This document shows, one piece after another, positions 23,155 through 37,600 of a stretch of DNA of 64,000 nt. Position 1 is the stretch's first letter. The number at the start of each line of letters is the position of its first letter. The position numbers were made by a program, and so were the translations under genes. Below the pieces are notes generated by a model. That model was not told where the DNA came from, ran no database searches, and saw nothing but the letters and a program-made list of their open reading frames with translations. The stretch is taken from the NCBI GenBank assembly GCA_043228905.1, contig JBHGNT010000018.1, forward strand, positions 13,950,001 to 14,014,000, in the 5' to 3' direction. The DNA comes from Azolla caroliniana (taxonomy: Eukaryota > Plantae > Polypodiophyta).

Positions 23155-26100
23155 TGTTGTGCATTGGGTCGAGCGTGTTTGCCCTAATCGCACACGCTCA
23201 CCTCATGGGATGTTGTGGCCATGATGAGGTATATGTCGCTTACCTATGCCACTTTACTCTTTATTGAGCCATCAATTGGCCGATTCTAGGGAGATATGGT
23301 GGTCTTGAGGAGGTGCATGTTGACTACCTTAGGGTTTCATACCTTAAGGCATGCTTAATGATTCATACACCTAATTGATTATTATTCTAATTAATTTCTA
23401 ATTACACAAATTTTCGTTTCACTTTTGTATGATTTTCTAGTAATTTTCATTTACCCACCCACAATTAACTCTCTTTCTTGCCCTTATTTTAAGTTCATCT
23501 ACACTATTTACGTACGTTTAATGGTGTAACGATTCATGTAGACAATTTTTTAATATTGAGTGGGCATCATGCCATTTTTTGAACGATTTTTTCCAACGAC
23601 TCATCTAGGTTTAACTCATATTATTGAGCCTTAGAACACAAGTGAAATCATATGAGTTCCCCTATTGATGTTTTACTCATAAATTTGAGTACTACATCTT
23701 TGTGCACAATACCACCACCATTTGTATCAAATTTTGGCTTATGTCACAATTGTGCAAATTAAAACCACCATATTTGGATGTATATGTGCATACTTCGCAC
23801 CATCCATTTATTTGTGACATTTTTTTTTAAGTAGGTAACATGGGTTTTTTGACCCTTGTTTTCGTCACTGCTTGATTCTTATGGGCAGTGCATTATTTTA
23901 TCGTTTTTGTCATAACATTTGCTTGTTACTCACAAGACTAGAATATTACTTTCGAGTGCACTTGTTTTTTCACGTAATACACTTTCTCAACCATATCAAT
24001 ACATGTTGGGTTAGCATTCTAATATAAGGCTAACTAGGAAACTACGTTGATGTTAGAACCATGGTTGAGCCTCGGGGAGCCGCTATGATTATTCAAGATA
24101 GAGATCCGAGAAAGACATCTTAACTATGTTTTCCCCCATGGTTTTTAAAACACCATAGTGTTACCATAGTTATCGGATCTCGAATCACATCTCATATGTC
24201 TAGAGGGGTAAAGACGTGAGATGCTTTCTTGGTAAAGTTCTTACAATCAAAATTTCAAGCATTCATTTTGCTTGTGTATTTTCTGAACCTCCTTATTTAT
24301 ATTGCATACCCACAGCTTGCATCATGGAACAAGTTTTGAACGTTGTTGGAGTAATCTCTCCGACCAAGACCTCTCAACTCCAATCCGCATCTCGCACACA
24401 CACTGAGATCACTATTGAGCAATTGCTCACTACTACCTTGAATCAATTGGCCGAAATGAGATAGGCCAATATGGCATTGGAAAAGAAATTCCAAGAATTA
24501 GCTATTGAGTCCAAGAAAGAAGGTGATCCTTCTTTCGTAGTCACGCCATTCAAGGGAGATAAGAAAGAAAGAACCGAGGAGGCCATTAGCACTTGGCTTG
24601 GTCATTGGGAGGCCCACTTTGAGCTCCACCCCAAGCCCGATGCTATAAAAATTGGTTACGTCGGTCATGAGTTAGGTAGCCGAGCTGCTGCTTGGTGGCG
24701 CGGCCTAAGGACTGCAAAGAACTTACCTACAACTTGGGAAGGTTTCGTGGATGTTTTTGCAGCCACCTTCTCAAACTGAACAAGCACAACACTTGCTCAC
24801 GTTGTCGAGTAAGCCATTTACCTCTCTCGAGGATTACGTGCATCATGCTCGGATCCAGATCCAGAAATTGGGACTTATGGGTGAGAAATGGTTTGTTGCT
24901 TACTTTTTGAATGGTATTCCTAATGGGGATTACCATTGGATTGTCCATGACAAGGACTCCACAAGTTTTGAGGAATCCGTCAACATTGTACTTCGGTACC
25001 ATAGGACTTCCAAGAAAGACCACAATAAACCTGAGTTTGCCAAAACTCCGAATGTCAAGTTCATTGGGAAACGTAAGCAATCCAATGACACTCTTGACCA
25101 CGACTCCAAGAAACCTAACCTCTTCTGTGCATATTGCAAGAAACGGGGTCACACAAAGGATACCTATCCTCGTCTTGAGAGGAAGTCAATGAACACCCCT
25201 CCTCAAGACAAATCTACGAGTCACACAGGTGAGTCTTTTGATGTTGTTAAAGTTCATACCAACTATTGAAGTTCATGTGAATGCACTTTTCCTTCACATT
25301 TACTTGGACTTGATTATTTACTCCGAGTAGTCGGGTATATCAATGGAACACAAGCACATTTCTTGTTTGATTCCGGTAGTTCTCACAATTTTCTTAATGA
25401 TCACTTTGTGTAGCAAATGGAACTCCACATAAACGCAAGTGATCATATCTATCAAGTTCACATGGCAAATGGAAGTGTTCAATACATCAGTGGTCTGTTT
25501 GTCAATTGCCAATTCAAATAGATACCTATTTGGAGAAACTTGACTTTCATGTTATGAAACTACAATCCGCAGATATCATTTTAGGATACCCTTGGTTTTT
25601 TAATAAAAACCCTTCTTTGTCCATTGATTGGGTTAATCACTCAATCACATTTGAACTTAATAATGGTAAACATTTTATTCAATGTTTCAAACTTCCTTCT
25701 CGTTCACTTGTGTCTTCTAAATCTTTAAGTAAGTATTCAAGTTCATTAATTTATTCGTGTGTAATTGATCTTGTGCTTCAATTTTATTATTTTAATATTG
25801 ATGCCACACAATTACCACATTATGAACAATGATTACTCGATTCTATTTTAGACGATTTTTAAGACGTGTTTCCTAACTAATTGCCACTTACTTTACCACC
25901 AAAACATAATGTGGACCATCAAATTGAACTCATTCCTGGTGCTGCTCCTGTGACCATTCCACCTTACCGACTTAGTCAATTAGAAGAGGATGAGATCGCT
26001 AAACAACTTAAGGAATACTTGAGTATGGGCCACATTAGGTATAGTAAATCACCTTGGGGTGCGATAGTTCTATTAGTTAAGAATAAGGAAGGTTCATGGT

Positions 26101-29100
26101 GAATGTGTATCAATTATCGCTGTTTGAATAAAATGACAATTAAAAATGCATATCCATTACCTCGTGTCGATGATTTGATTGATCATTTGCATGGGGTCCG
26201 ATATTTTACGAAAATTGACTTACAGACAGGTTATCATCAGATTCGCATTGCCGAGGATGATATTCCTAAAACTGCTTTTCATACGCGCTATGGCCATTAT
26301 GAGTTTTTAGCCATGCCTTTCGGGTTGACTAATGCTCTAGCCATATTCCAACAAGTGATGACTGACGTTTTCCGAGATCAACTTGGTGATTTTGTTGTTG
26401 TCTTCTTGGATGATATTTTGATATATAGCCGTACCTTGCAAGATCATGTTCAACATGTTCGATTTGTGTTGCAAAAGTTGCGTGACAACTCTTTCTATGC
26501 AAAACATTCAAAATGTGATTTTTTCCAAAAATCTATTGTGTACCTAGGGCATTTAATTACGAAAAATGGTGTTGAAATTGAACCTTCTCGTCTTGAAAAG
26601 GTTAAACTTTGGCCCATGCCTCGTAATATTCGTGAACTGCAATCATTCTTAGGGTTTGTTGGATTTTTGTGAAAATCAATTTGTAACTATTCCAAATTCA
26701 CTACGCCATTAACTGACCTTTTAAAAGGTCATCCACGTAAGTTTGTCAAACCAATTGCATGGAATGAACAACTTGACAAATCATTTGAGACACTCAAAGA
26801 GCACGTGTGTCTGGCTCCCACTCTTCTATTACCAGACCCTTCTAAGCCTTTCTCAATCGAAACCGATGCTAGTGATTATGATATTGGTGTCGTTCTTTAT
26901 CAAGGCGGTCACCCTATTGCTTTTGAAAGTAAGAAGCTTGATGCTGCTCAATCTCGGTATTCAGTTCAAGAGAAAGAGTTGTTTGCAGTAATACATGCAC
27001 TTAAAACATGGAGGCACTATCTCTATGGAAATAAATTTGTGGTTACAATAGACCATCAATCATTGAAGTATTTTTGTGACCAACCAGATCTTGTTGGTCG
27101 TAAAGGCCGTTGGGTTGACCTTAAGCAAGATTTGGATTTTCCATACGGTTTCGCAAGGGTTCTATGAACACTGTTGCGGATGCTCTTAGTCGCATTAAAG
27201 AAGTTAACATGCTTAGCTTCACGGAAATAAAATCTGATCTTTTAGATCACCTTCGAGGGAAATACCTTGATGAAAGTTATTTTTCGAAATATTGGACGAA
27301 AGCCGAATCTAGTTTAGATGCCGATACTAGCTCCCTATCCTCGAAGGCGACCTTTCACGTTACAAACGGTTTGCTCTACCCTAGTGGAAAGGTATGTGTC
27401 CAGATTTACCAAATGTAAAACAGAAAATTCTTTATGAATGTCATGATGCACCATCTGCGGGTCATCCTGGAATACAACGCACACTCATTCTCATCTTGAG
27501 TACTTTTTTCTGGACCAAGATGTGCATAAATACGTAACTCAATGCTTACAATGTCATATTAATAAGTCAGAACGACTTAAAGCTGTTGGTCTTTTACATC
27601 CCTTAGATATTCCAACGACAAATGGGAAAGTATCTCGATGGATTTTATTGTTAGTTTACCTCGTACACAGAGGGGTCATGATGCCATTTGGGTTGTCGTT
27701 GACAGACTAACAACATCTGCTAGATTTATTCCTACCAAAACTACGGTAACCGCTCAATAATTGGCTTATCAATTTGTTGATGAGTTATTTCGTTTTTATG
27801 GATTACCGATGGATATTGTTAGTGATCGAGATTCCAAGTTTACTAGTGACTTTTGGACTGAAGTCTTTAAGAAACTAGAAACTACGTTGAGCATGAATTC
27901 CGCAGATCATCCTCAGTCTGATGGACAAACTGAACGAGTTAATCAAATTATTTTGGACATGCTTCGAGCTAATGTAGCAAAAACCCCTTCTAAGTGGGAG
28001 CAATACCGTCCTATCTTAGAAATTTCCTATAATAGCTCTAAACATACATCCACTGGATATAATCCTTTTATGTTGATGTATGGTTTTCAGCCACGTGCAC
28101 GATTCATTATGATACATTAGACAATACACACAATTTTTTGCAAGACATGAACCAAATGTTGCATATTTCCAAAGAGAATGTCAAGACAGCTCAAGATCGT
28201 GCTCGATTTTATGCTGATCACGAAAGATGTCCTCGTGCATTTACTATTGGTCAAAAAGTTTTTCTGTGTGTCCCTACTGACTCTACATCATTGTCTATGG
28301 GTAGTGCACTAATTTAACCCCACGATATTGTGGCCCATTTGAAATCCTTAAGAGGGTTGGGTCTTCTGCTTATCACCTTGCCTTACCCCGTAACGTTGGT
28401 GTTCATCCTGTTTTTCACGTTAGTCGTCTAAAACCATTTTTAGGCTCTGGTGATAACACCATCACAATCCAAGATCTTGGAACATTAGAGGATTTTTCTT
28501 ACAAACCTCATTAGAGAATTCTCGTACTAAACGTTTACGTTCTAAAGAGATTCAGCTATTCAAGATGAAATGGATGGATAAACCTATTGATGATGCCACA
28601 TGGGAACGCGAGCATACTCTTAAGGCACAATTTCCTCACTTTATATTGCAAGAGTGCAATCTTTTGAAGTAGGGGAGTATGTTATGTACACATAACATTG
28701 GTGAGGGTAGGTCACCAATATTTACATTAGTGAAGGGTATGTTCACTAATGTTAAAAAGGGGACTAATGATTGGATAGAAGGAATGATAGATGCATGCAC
28801 TATCATGACTTGGACAACCAATGAATGGAGAGCCTTTTAGAAAGGCACATCTATTCAAGGGGCCTAGGAAAAGGTATAAATATGAGGCTTAGCTACCCTC
28901 ATAAGGATTACGTCGGAAGGCTGCAGTCTTAGACACCAGTGATGCGGGCTAGGCTTTCGTCTCGACGATTGTGTTTATCTCTTCCAAGGTATTAGTCATC
29001 CTAATATCCGGCGGTATTGGACGTCAGTGGTAGGTTGTCTATGTCTAGATCATAGCTCGAGGGTGGTTGGGTGGAATGGATTCTTCTATCCAATATATTT

Positions 29101-29150
29101 TCCTTCTTTTACTTTACTTTGGTCTATTGATTAGTAATAGACTCTTAACA
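23155..29150 (+). mobile_element. Ty3/gypsy chromovirus (second family), 5' LTR missing, degenerate
   Basis: gag from about 24325 with CAYCKKRGH knuckle, protease FDSGSSHNF, RT FLDD (26103..26672), RNase H TDASD, integrase, chromodomain-like KWMDKPIDDATWE, PPT GAAGTAGGGGAG, 3' LTR 28680-29150 (TGTTA...TAACA). Confidence 0.88.
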
Positions 29151-30420
29151 TAGAGCTTGGACTGTCCTTTGGTAAAGGACTTGGCTGAATATCGTCATTT
29201 GAGTTGACGTTCGACTCTTCCTCGGTCGGGTTAGATGGAGCCGAATCGGGCTCATACCATGATGCCGATTCATCGAAAACTACATCCTGACTCACTCGAA
29301 CCACTCAGGTTGAAGGGTTAAAGCACTTGTATCCCTTTTTCTTGGATGAGTATCCTACGAGGATACATTTCTCTGACTTCGTGTCGAGCTTTTGTCTATT
29401 TTTGTTCAAGATGCGTACATCCGCAATGCTTCCAAACACTTTGAGGTGTGAAAGGATCAGCTTCCTTCCAACAAGGATCTCGTATGGAGTTAGCTCATGT
29501 ACTTCATTAGTGGTGCATCTATTCATGAGGTAGACGATTGTGGATGTTGCTTCGGCCCAATAGAAATTCGGCATGTGCTTCTCATGCAACATGGCCCGTG
29601 CTACCTCGAGTATGTGTCGATTCTTCCTTTTGGCTATTCCATTTTGTTAGCATGAAAATTCTCTCCGAATGCCTTCACCTTGGAGGTATTAGATGAATTC
29701 GTCAGAGAAATACTCCTTTCCTCCATCCAACGACCCGTTTCTTTCTCCACTTGGCTCTTCAGTTTTGGAAGTGGGAGAGCACTTCTCTCTTCTTCTTCAT
29801 AAAAAAGATCCACGTGTAGCAGGTGTAGTCTTTGATGAAGGTGGCGTAGTACCGGCATCCTCCAACCATTGGTGTTTGAGCCAATCCCCATACATCCGAC
29901 TGGATCAAGTCGAGGAGGCCTTTGCTTACATAGCTCTCCTTTGGGAATGGAATTTGGTTTTGTTTGCCGAGTTGACATGCTTTGCACACTCGGTCGACTA
30001 GTTTCGCCTCAAATTCCGGAAGTCCGATGACGACTCCCTTTGATTGCATCGCTCAAAGCCGTTGGAGATTGATTTGGATGATTCTCTTGTGCCACAACTC
30101 AATGTTCGTCTCAGTTTTGAAACCTTTGGCATATATGGCCGATTTCACCTCATTCAAATCGAGAATGAACATTCAGCCTTCTCTCCATCCCTTAGCTATG
30201 AGTCGGCCATCTTTTTCTATGAAGCATCCTCTGTTGTTGAAACAGAGTTGCATGCCTTGCCCCACAATTTGGCTGACCTAGACCAAATTCTTTGTGATTG
30301 TAGGACCATGCAAGATATTCTTGATGCAATTGATTTCACTTTCTTTGCCAAATGGAACGTTGTCGATGTGCCAAATGGGATGTGTGGTGTCATCGCCTGT
30401 CTCCATGTAGCCCGTTATCG
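29151..30420 (-). mobile_element. Ty1/copia internal fragment (protease end, GAG-pre-integrase, integrase)
   Basis: CKACQLGKQ, SDVWG, FYWAEA, KLDTKSEKCILVGY, GYKCFNP. Confidence 0.87.
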
Positions 30421-30472
30421 ATTAGGAACACTGTCTACACTCAGTCCTTCGAGGTAGACCTCAAGGTGACCG

Positions 30473-31639
30473 TGTTACAAGGAATGGAACCGTCTTCGCG
30501 TACAGAATAATGAGATACCACCTCGTATCCTGGTAGCGTATAAGGGAGATAGCTACAACCAAACTCCTTATGAAGTGCACTAGTATACGCACTTACGCTT
30601 ACACACACTTACGATTTAAACAATACGCAACAAAGTAACAATGGACTATCACGCAGATAGACATAGATATGCACAGAGATTAGAGAAGATAGGATTCTAT
30701 TAGAAAAACGTCCTGCACTCAAAATTACACGCTACCTCTTATAGAGGATTTTTGCCCTTTATATACACAGGGTTTTTAGTTGTTCACGCTTCCCACGTGA
30801 ACCGTTACATTCGTTTCTTAATGCATTATTATATTATAATATTTCTACGCTTCTGTCTGTCGGTTACGATTCCGGCTGACAACACCTGGCATGCCTGTGG
30901 GACAGTGCCATGGCATGTCGAAACTATCCCTCTATTCTTCCTCCAAAATATCCTGGATGTTTGGTTCTGCTCCTACGTACTGGTCCGGGGACGGCGTACT
31001 GCCCGTAGGCGCGTCGTTGCTCGGTTGCATGTCTTGTACTTCCTTAGTCGTCGTGAGGGTTTCCATGGCATCAACTTCTCCTTGCATGGGCAGAACCGGC
31101 TCTGCTGGCTCATTCCGTTCTACTGTGGCTGGCTCTTCCGTCTGCGGGCTCTTGGTAGGCTAAGGCTCTATCATGTCCGTATCGTCCTCTGTGTTGCCTA
31201 CCGTAGTTGTCATCTCCGGTGAATTGGGCTGAGGTTCCTCCTGTTCGGCGGTATTGTAGTTGGTATCGCGATGGGCTCTGCTCTTTGCCGCGTGCTACCT
31301 GCTTCCATTTTGGTGAAACATATCCTATTGACTTTTGCCAAAATCTTCCAGTAGCTACGCGAGTTCCTCGGAGTGCTGGTCTGCTAGCGTGCGATAATCC
31401 TATGCTAGGTCCTCGCGTACTACTATAATGCCTTCCTCATTAGGTTTGTAGAAACCTAGGCCTTCTTTCCTACGGTTCTCCTAGTCCGCCCGATAGGTAT
31501 GCAAATCCGCCGCTTGTGTTGCCCACACCATCCAGCCTGTGTGTAGCGTCGCTTGTAATTGCGCCGTAAACCTCTCCCAATTTGTTTGAAGAAGTATGCG
31601 CACGTTGTCGGTTATTACTTGCCAGAAGTTTTCGCTTCT
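30473..31639 (-). mobile_element. element B (non-chromovirus gypsy), 3' part: extra-ORF C-terminus and 3' LTR (30884 to 30473)
   Basis: LTR TGTTG...TAACA on minus; upstream frame reads W..WA..ADL..RAD.ENRRKEG, homologous to element A extra ORF; continues at 52300 across TSD CTTCT. Confidence 0.78.
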
Positions 31640-32109
31640 TGTTACCGGCCGACAAAGAAGGCTAAAGGAGGTCCAAACTCCAAACCAGAGTGTGAAAGGA
31701 ATAGTTATTCGGGAACTGTTGGAATTAGTAGTCTTAATATATACATATTATTATATAAGAAGATGTGGACGGACGGACCACAATCAGTATGCCGATCCGG
31801 ATCCGGAACGATTCCGTAAAGGTGCCGTTTGGCACCGTTTTGTATTTCGCACCGGAGACCTATATAAAGGCCCGGTTACAATGTAATCAGTAGCGGATAA
31901 TTAATAAAGCTTATGGTCTTAATCTTCAAGTGTTGATTACCGTTCTGTAATTATTGTCATATCTTAGGCGTGTTAATTACGGATGGCTAAGTAATCGATT
32001 AAGGTCTAATTAAGCGTTGTGCCGTAAGTCATTCTACCGTACCACCCTTTGGTGACGTGTCTTAAGTGGACACCCTGTGTTAGGCTGTTGTCTGGCCCTA
32101 GCAATAACA
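31640..32109 (+). repeat. 5' LTR of element A
   Basis: direct repeat with 51831-52299; TATATAAA at 31861. Confidence 0.95.
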
Positions 32110-32164
32110 CAGTTTTTGGTGACCACGATTCCTGCATTATCGCATTGAACAACGGCAGGAATGG

Positions 32165-33839
32165 ATGACTAGGCCAACAGAAGACCCGGTTACGGAGAGA
32201 GCACGAAGACTTGTTGAATGGAGACGGCGGCGAGAAGCTTTTCAGCAAGCAGCGGAAGAAATCCGAATGGATTGATCATTTTCGGAAGTGATCCGGAAAG
32301 TGGCGGAGGAGTCGCTCCGTCTGCAACAAAACGCCTACCCGGACGAAGGAAGCAGCTTAAGCAGCCTCCGGGAAGCGGAAATCCTTCTCCAGGCCTTGGC
32401 CAAAAGAGAAGGCGAATCCGAAGCATTCTCAGCACTGGAATCAGATTCGGAAGGGGATTACAACGCGCATACGAACTATCGCAGCAGTAACGACACCCCA
32501 GGAGGACTGGAGGACGAGGAGTCGGATACTCTACCGACATCGGAACCAGAGATGGCAGACCAAGAACCTCCGGCACTCGTCGTGGAGCAACCTCCGGAGA
32601 CGGAAGTACACCGGCAAAAACCTCCAACACCGGAAGTCGAGCCGGCAACACCAAAGGAAAACCAGCAAAGACTTCAAACGCCGACGGAACAACAGGAAAG
32701 ACCACCGACACCGCCAAGCCGCGTACCGACATTGGACGACGATATGCCGTTCGAATACTCCAAGTATCAGGATGACCCGGATGCGGAGGCTCATGTTCAC
32801 GCATTTGAACAAACATGGGAAGAAAACCATGTGTCACAACGGTTAACCGCGGCAGAAGAAGAACGATCTAAGATAGCCGAATTCGGCGTGACATTAGAAG
32901 GACCGGCTGCCAGATGGCACCAGACGCAGGATCACAACACCATCACCACCTTTGCGGACCTGAAAGACAAATTCTTGCACTTCTTCAAGAAGGAGGTGGA
33001 TCAGCGAGAAATGGTGGGCTTATTTTACACAATTCGGTAGGACCCTGGCGAGAGCATCCCACATTTTTTCATCCGGTTTCAACGGATGCACAGTCAGCTA
33101 ACCGCGCACCTCCGGAGGAAGAAACGCGGGCTATATTTTTAGCCGCGATCCGGGAACCTCTACGAACGGTATGCACGGTCATTGACTTTCATACAAGCAC
33201 CGTCGACCAAGTCATCGACCGGGTTCGAGAAATAGAGAAAACGAGCTCTTGGCTAACAATGGGAGCCCTCCAACGAGCATTACCAACCGATGAGGATCTC
33301 CGTTTCCGGCAAGCAATCCAATGCACGACTTGCTTGAATTCTGGACACTCGTCACTGGAGTGCACCATGAGGACGCACTGCTTACTCTGCCAATCTACGA
33401 ACCACACGATGGACTGGTGCGAATATAACTTATTGAATCGGCAAGCTCCACCAGTCCGGCAAATCGAGCCACGTAGCAGCCGAGACGAAGAAGACGAACG
33501 CTGGCGACGAGAGGAGCGATATCGACCGGCACAAGTGTCCGGTACGACAATCGGCGAGACAACTACGATCGGTACAAGAGATACGACAAGTACCGAGATT
33601 ACAATGGATGGTACGAGCATCACAATCGGGATCACTCCCCCGGGTATCACCAACGACGGGAAGAGTACGGGAGGTATGACGACCAACCCCGGCAAGGGTA
33701 CCGCAACAAAAAGAACTTTAATAAAAAACGGCATTTCAAAAACGGGAGCCACCCACGTCAACCGGAAAAAGGCGCCTCAAGCAGCCAACCAGGCCTGAGC
33801 CCCGCAGTTACCAGAAGTCCTCCACCGGGTACAGGAAAC
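32165..33839 (+). pseudogene. gag: gag of element A (resumes at 39935 after the copia insertion)
   Basis: ORFs 32288..33040 and 32914..33798; knuckles CTTCLNSGHSSLEC and CLLCQSTNHTMDWC; a third degenerate knuckle follows the insertion. Confidence 0.85.
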
Positions 33840-33912
33840 TGTTGGGAGACAGGTCCCTCCGGATGGGAAGGGAGAAGATCAATGCCGATGAACAAACTCG
33901 TCCGAGGCCGAA

Positions 33913-34190
33913 GACCGTATGAGGTGGACCCGGCCACGGAGAGCCGGATGATGGAGACCCGGTGAAGACCGGATGAGGAGTACCTGGCTACGGAGAGCCA
34001 GATGATGCAGACCCGGTGAAGACCGGATAAGGAGTACCTGGCTACGGAGAGCCGGATGATGCAGAACCGGTGAAGACCGGATGAGGAGTACCTGGCTACG
34101 GAGAGCCGGATGATACAGACACGGTGTGAACCGGATGAGGAGTACCCGGCTACAGAGAGCCGGATGGTGCAGGCCCGGTGTGAACCGGAG
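33913..34190 (+). repeat. 54-bp tandem array (about 5 units) in U3 of copia C LTR; repeated at about 39189-39466
   Basis: GACCGGATGAGGAGTACCTGGCTACGGAGAGCCGGATGATGCAGACCCGGTGAA units at 33967, 34021, 34075, 34129. Confidence 0.92.
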
Positions 34191-34682
34191 GAAGAGACAT
34201 ATTCGTAAATATGTTTCTAAGAGCCCATCGAGGCTACATTTGTAAATAGCCGAAAAGTCATATTAGTATAAATATGACTTAGGGCAAACTTTATAGTTGG
34301 ATGTTGTCATTTTCTTGTTGGTGCAAGAAGTGAGAGTGTGTAACAATGTATAGGTTGAGAGAGAGAGAGAGAACGAGGTCGTTGCCTCTGTTGTAACCGC
34401 CGCCTGTGGCGAAGATCGTGAGCACGAGGTCGTTGCCTCCGTGAACTCACTATTTTTGTACATTCCAATATAGTGATAGTTTGCAGCCAGTGGGCTGCTG
34501 TGGTTTTTCCCTCTTTGGGTTTTCCACGTAAACATTCTGTGTACCCTTTTCTCTCCTTTTGTGTTGTGTGCATTTGTTTCCCGCTTTTCTGTGTATGAAA
34601 AGAATCTTGGTTGTGGCCGAGTGTTGGACATAAGGAGCATTGAGTTCTCGTCAAGTGGTATCAGAGCGCAACGACACAGAAA

Positions 34683-37600
34683 ATGGACAAATCGTTTGGC
34701 GGCATGTTCAAGCTCACAGGCTCCAACTACTTAGTGTGGAAGTCGAAGATGAGGGACATGCTCGTGGTTAAAGACCTCTGGCTGCCGGTTCAGTTCGGGG
34801 ACAAGAGACCGGACAAAATCGACGCCGCGATATGGGAGGTGATGCACATGAAGACAACGGTGTACATACGGTGCTGCATCGACATGAGCCTGTACAACAA
34901 CTTCAATGAAGAGAGCAAGGCTCATGAGCTCTAGGAGAAGATCGGCATAATGTTTCAAAACAAAAATGTTGTTAATCAGGTTTCGGTATTCCGGAAGCTA
35001 GTAAGACTCCCGTACCAAGATGGCTCCAGCATGGCGGAGCATATGAATGCCTTCCAGGGGCTGATATACCAGGCAACGTCATTGGAAGTACCTCTTGCCG
35101 ATGAGGTACTAGCGCTACTCCTGCTCGGTTCCCTCCCGGATAGCTGGGAGACGTTGGTTGTCACTTTGGGCAACGCCGGGCCTGAAGGAAAATGGTTATC
35201 CCTAGCAAGAGTAAAGTCGAGCTTGCTAGATGAGGAGGCGCGTCAGAAGGATAAAGATACGAGCTCCGACTCCAAAGCGCTCCTTACCGAATCGGAACGC
35301 GGAAGACATAGAAACCGTAGTCCCCAGAACCGGGAGAAGTCGGGGACACGGTCAAAGTCAAGGGGGGGGCCTACTTGCTTCTATTGCGGCAAGCCGGGAC
35401 ACTTCCAAAAGAACTGTCGGCATTTCCGTAAATACAAGGAAACCGACGGTACCGATTCGAAGCAAACCTCGGACCGGAACGGTAGAGACCGGAACAATAA
35501 AGACCGGAGGGGGGCGGACCGGAAGGGAACGACGGCAATCGCAGCAAGTGAAGAAGAGTTGATGCTAATCACCGAGGAGAGTGAAATAAACCTTGCCGGC
35601 GACGAGATGACCTGGGTGGTAGAGTCCGGAGCATCGTTCCACCTTACCCCGGACCAGAAATGCTTCTCATCCTACTCAGCCGGTGACCACGGTTGTGTCC
35701 GGATGGGGAACGAAGGAACATGCCGAATTGTTGGCATAGGAGACGTGTGGCTGACAACACCAACCGAATGCAAGTTGCTGCTGAAGGATGTCCGACACAT
35801 TCCGGAAGTTCGTCTGAACTTGATATTAGCCGGTCGGCTAGATGATGAAGGCTACACGGGTAGCATCCGGAACGGTGTCATGAAATTCAGCAAAGGGAGC
35901 CTGATTGTGGCTCGGGCCCGGAAGGTAAACACACTATACCTGATGAATGCCCGGTTATGTCCGGAAGAAGTGAACGTGGCATCCGGCACTGCCGGTGAGC
36001 TGTGGCACAAGAGGTTGTGTCATATGAGCGAGAAGGGGATGAAGAGGCTTGCAGACGACAACCTCATTCCAGTGAAGAACTTGCACCTACAGAAGTGCAC
36101 TGATTGTCTGGCCGGTAAGCAAAACCGGACCTCCTTCCGAACAAGGCCACCGATGAGACATAATGCACCACTGGAGTTGGTGCATACGGATGTGTGTCAG
36201 GTAGACACGAAGTCACATGTCGGAGCGCAGTACTTCGTGACGTTCATAGATGACCACAGCCGGAAGCTGTGGGCCACACCGTTGAAGACGAAAGATCAGG
36301 TGTTATCCGTCTTCAAAGAGCTCCACGCGAGAGTGGAAAGAGAAACCGGCCGGAAGTTGAAGGCGGTCCGAGCAGATAACGGAGGAGAGTACCGGGGGCA
36401 GTTCGAGGAGTACTGCTGCTCGAAGGGAATCCGGCTCGAATTTACCGTGCCGAAGACGCCGGAACTAAACGGACTGGCCAAGAGGATGAACCGGACCATA
36501 ATGGAGAGGGTCCGGAGTATGCTAGCGCATGCAAAACTACCCAAGAAGTTTTGGGCTGAGGCACTGTCGATGGCGACATACGTGATAAATAGATCACCCT
36601 TAGTACCCTTGGACGGAGACACGCCACAGAGAGTGTGGACCGGTAAGGAAGTATCCTACCGGCATCTGAAGGTGTTCGGGTGTCTCGCGTACGTGCATGT
36701 AGGTAAGGACCGGAGAGGAAAGCTAGATCCAAAGACCCGGCCATGCATATTCCTCGGTTACGGTGACGATGAGTTCGGCTACCGAGTGTGGGACCCGATC
36801 GACAAGAAGGTATTCCGGAGTCGAGATATTATCTTCATGGAGGACAAGACACTCGCCGACTGGGAGTCGGAGAAGAAGATAATGAACTCTGAGTCGACTG
36901 GTAAGGATAGACTCTACGATGAGCAGACCCAACCGGCAAGAGACCGGTTAGCACTCGAGGAACCAGCCGGTTACGGTGCGGATACCGAACCGGCAGAAGA
37001 AGAAGTAGAGGAAGCTGAAACCGGAACCGGCCAAGACCCCGAATCGGATTCGGATGAAGAGCAAATGGAGGAGCCGGCTACCGAAGCCCAAAGACGTAGA
37101 TATCCTCTCAGAGAGAGAAGGCCCCCCCGGAGATTTCCGGATGCAGAGCATGTGCTGCTGACCGATGAGGGAGAGCCGGAAAGCTTCGAAGAAGCGAAGG
37201 ATGACACCCACAGACAAAAATGGTTAAGTGCCATGAAGGACGAGATGGATTCCTTGCATGAGAACCATACATACGAATTAGTGGAGTTGCCGAAAGGAAA
37301 GCGGGCACTCCGAAATAAGTGGGTGTACAAATTGAAACTGGGAGATGCCAGAAACCCCCCAAGATACAAAGCCAAGATCGTGGTGAAGGGGTTCCAGCAG
37401 AAGAAGGGCGTGGACTTCGACGAGATATTTGCCCCGGTAGTAAAGATGACCTTCATCCGGACGGTGCTGAGTATAGCGGCAAGCATGGACCTTGAGGTAG
37501 AGCAGCTGGACGTGAAGTCGACATTCCTTCACGGCGACCTCGAAGAGGAGATGTACATGCAGCAACCGGAAGGATTCATGGAGAAAGGGAAGGAGCACCT

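Noticed and set aside
33913-34190. CRISPR-like or hammerhead-like reading of the 54-bp array
   Set aside because: No unique spacers and no CUGAUGA...GAAA core; it is a head-to-tail U3 repeat in both LTRs
34263-34654. Minus-strand ORFs in copia C LTRs (also 39539..40273) and plus-strand ORFs in D LTRs (43255..43527, 49267..49539)
   Set aside because: Recur only because LTRs are duplicated; no protein-like features
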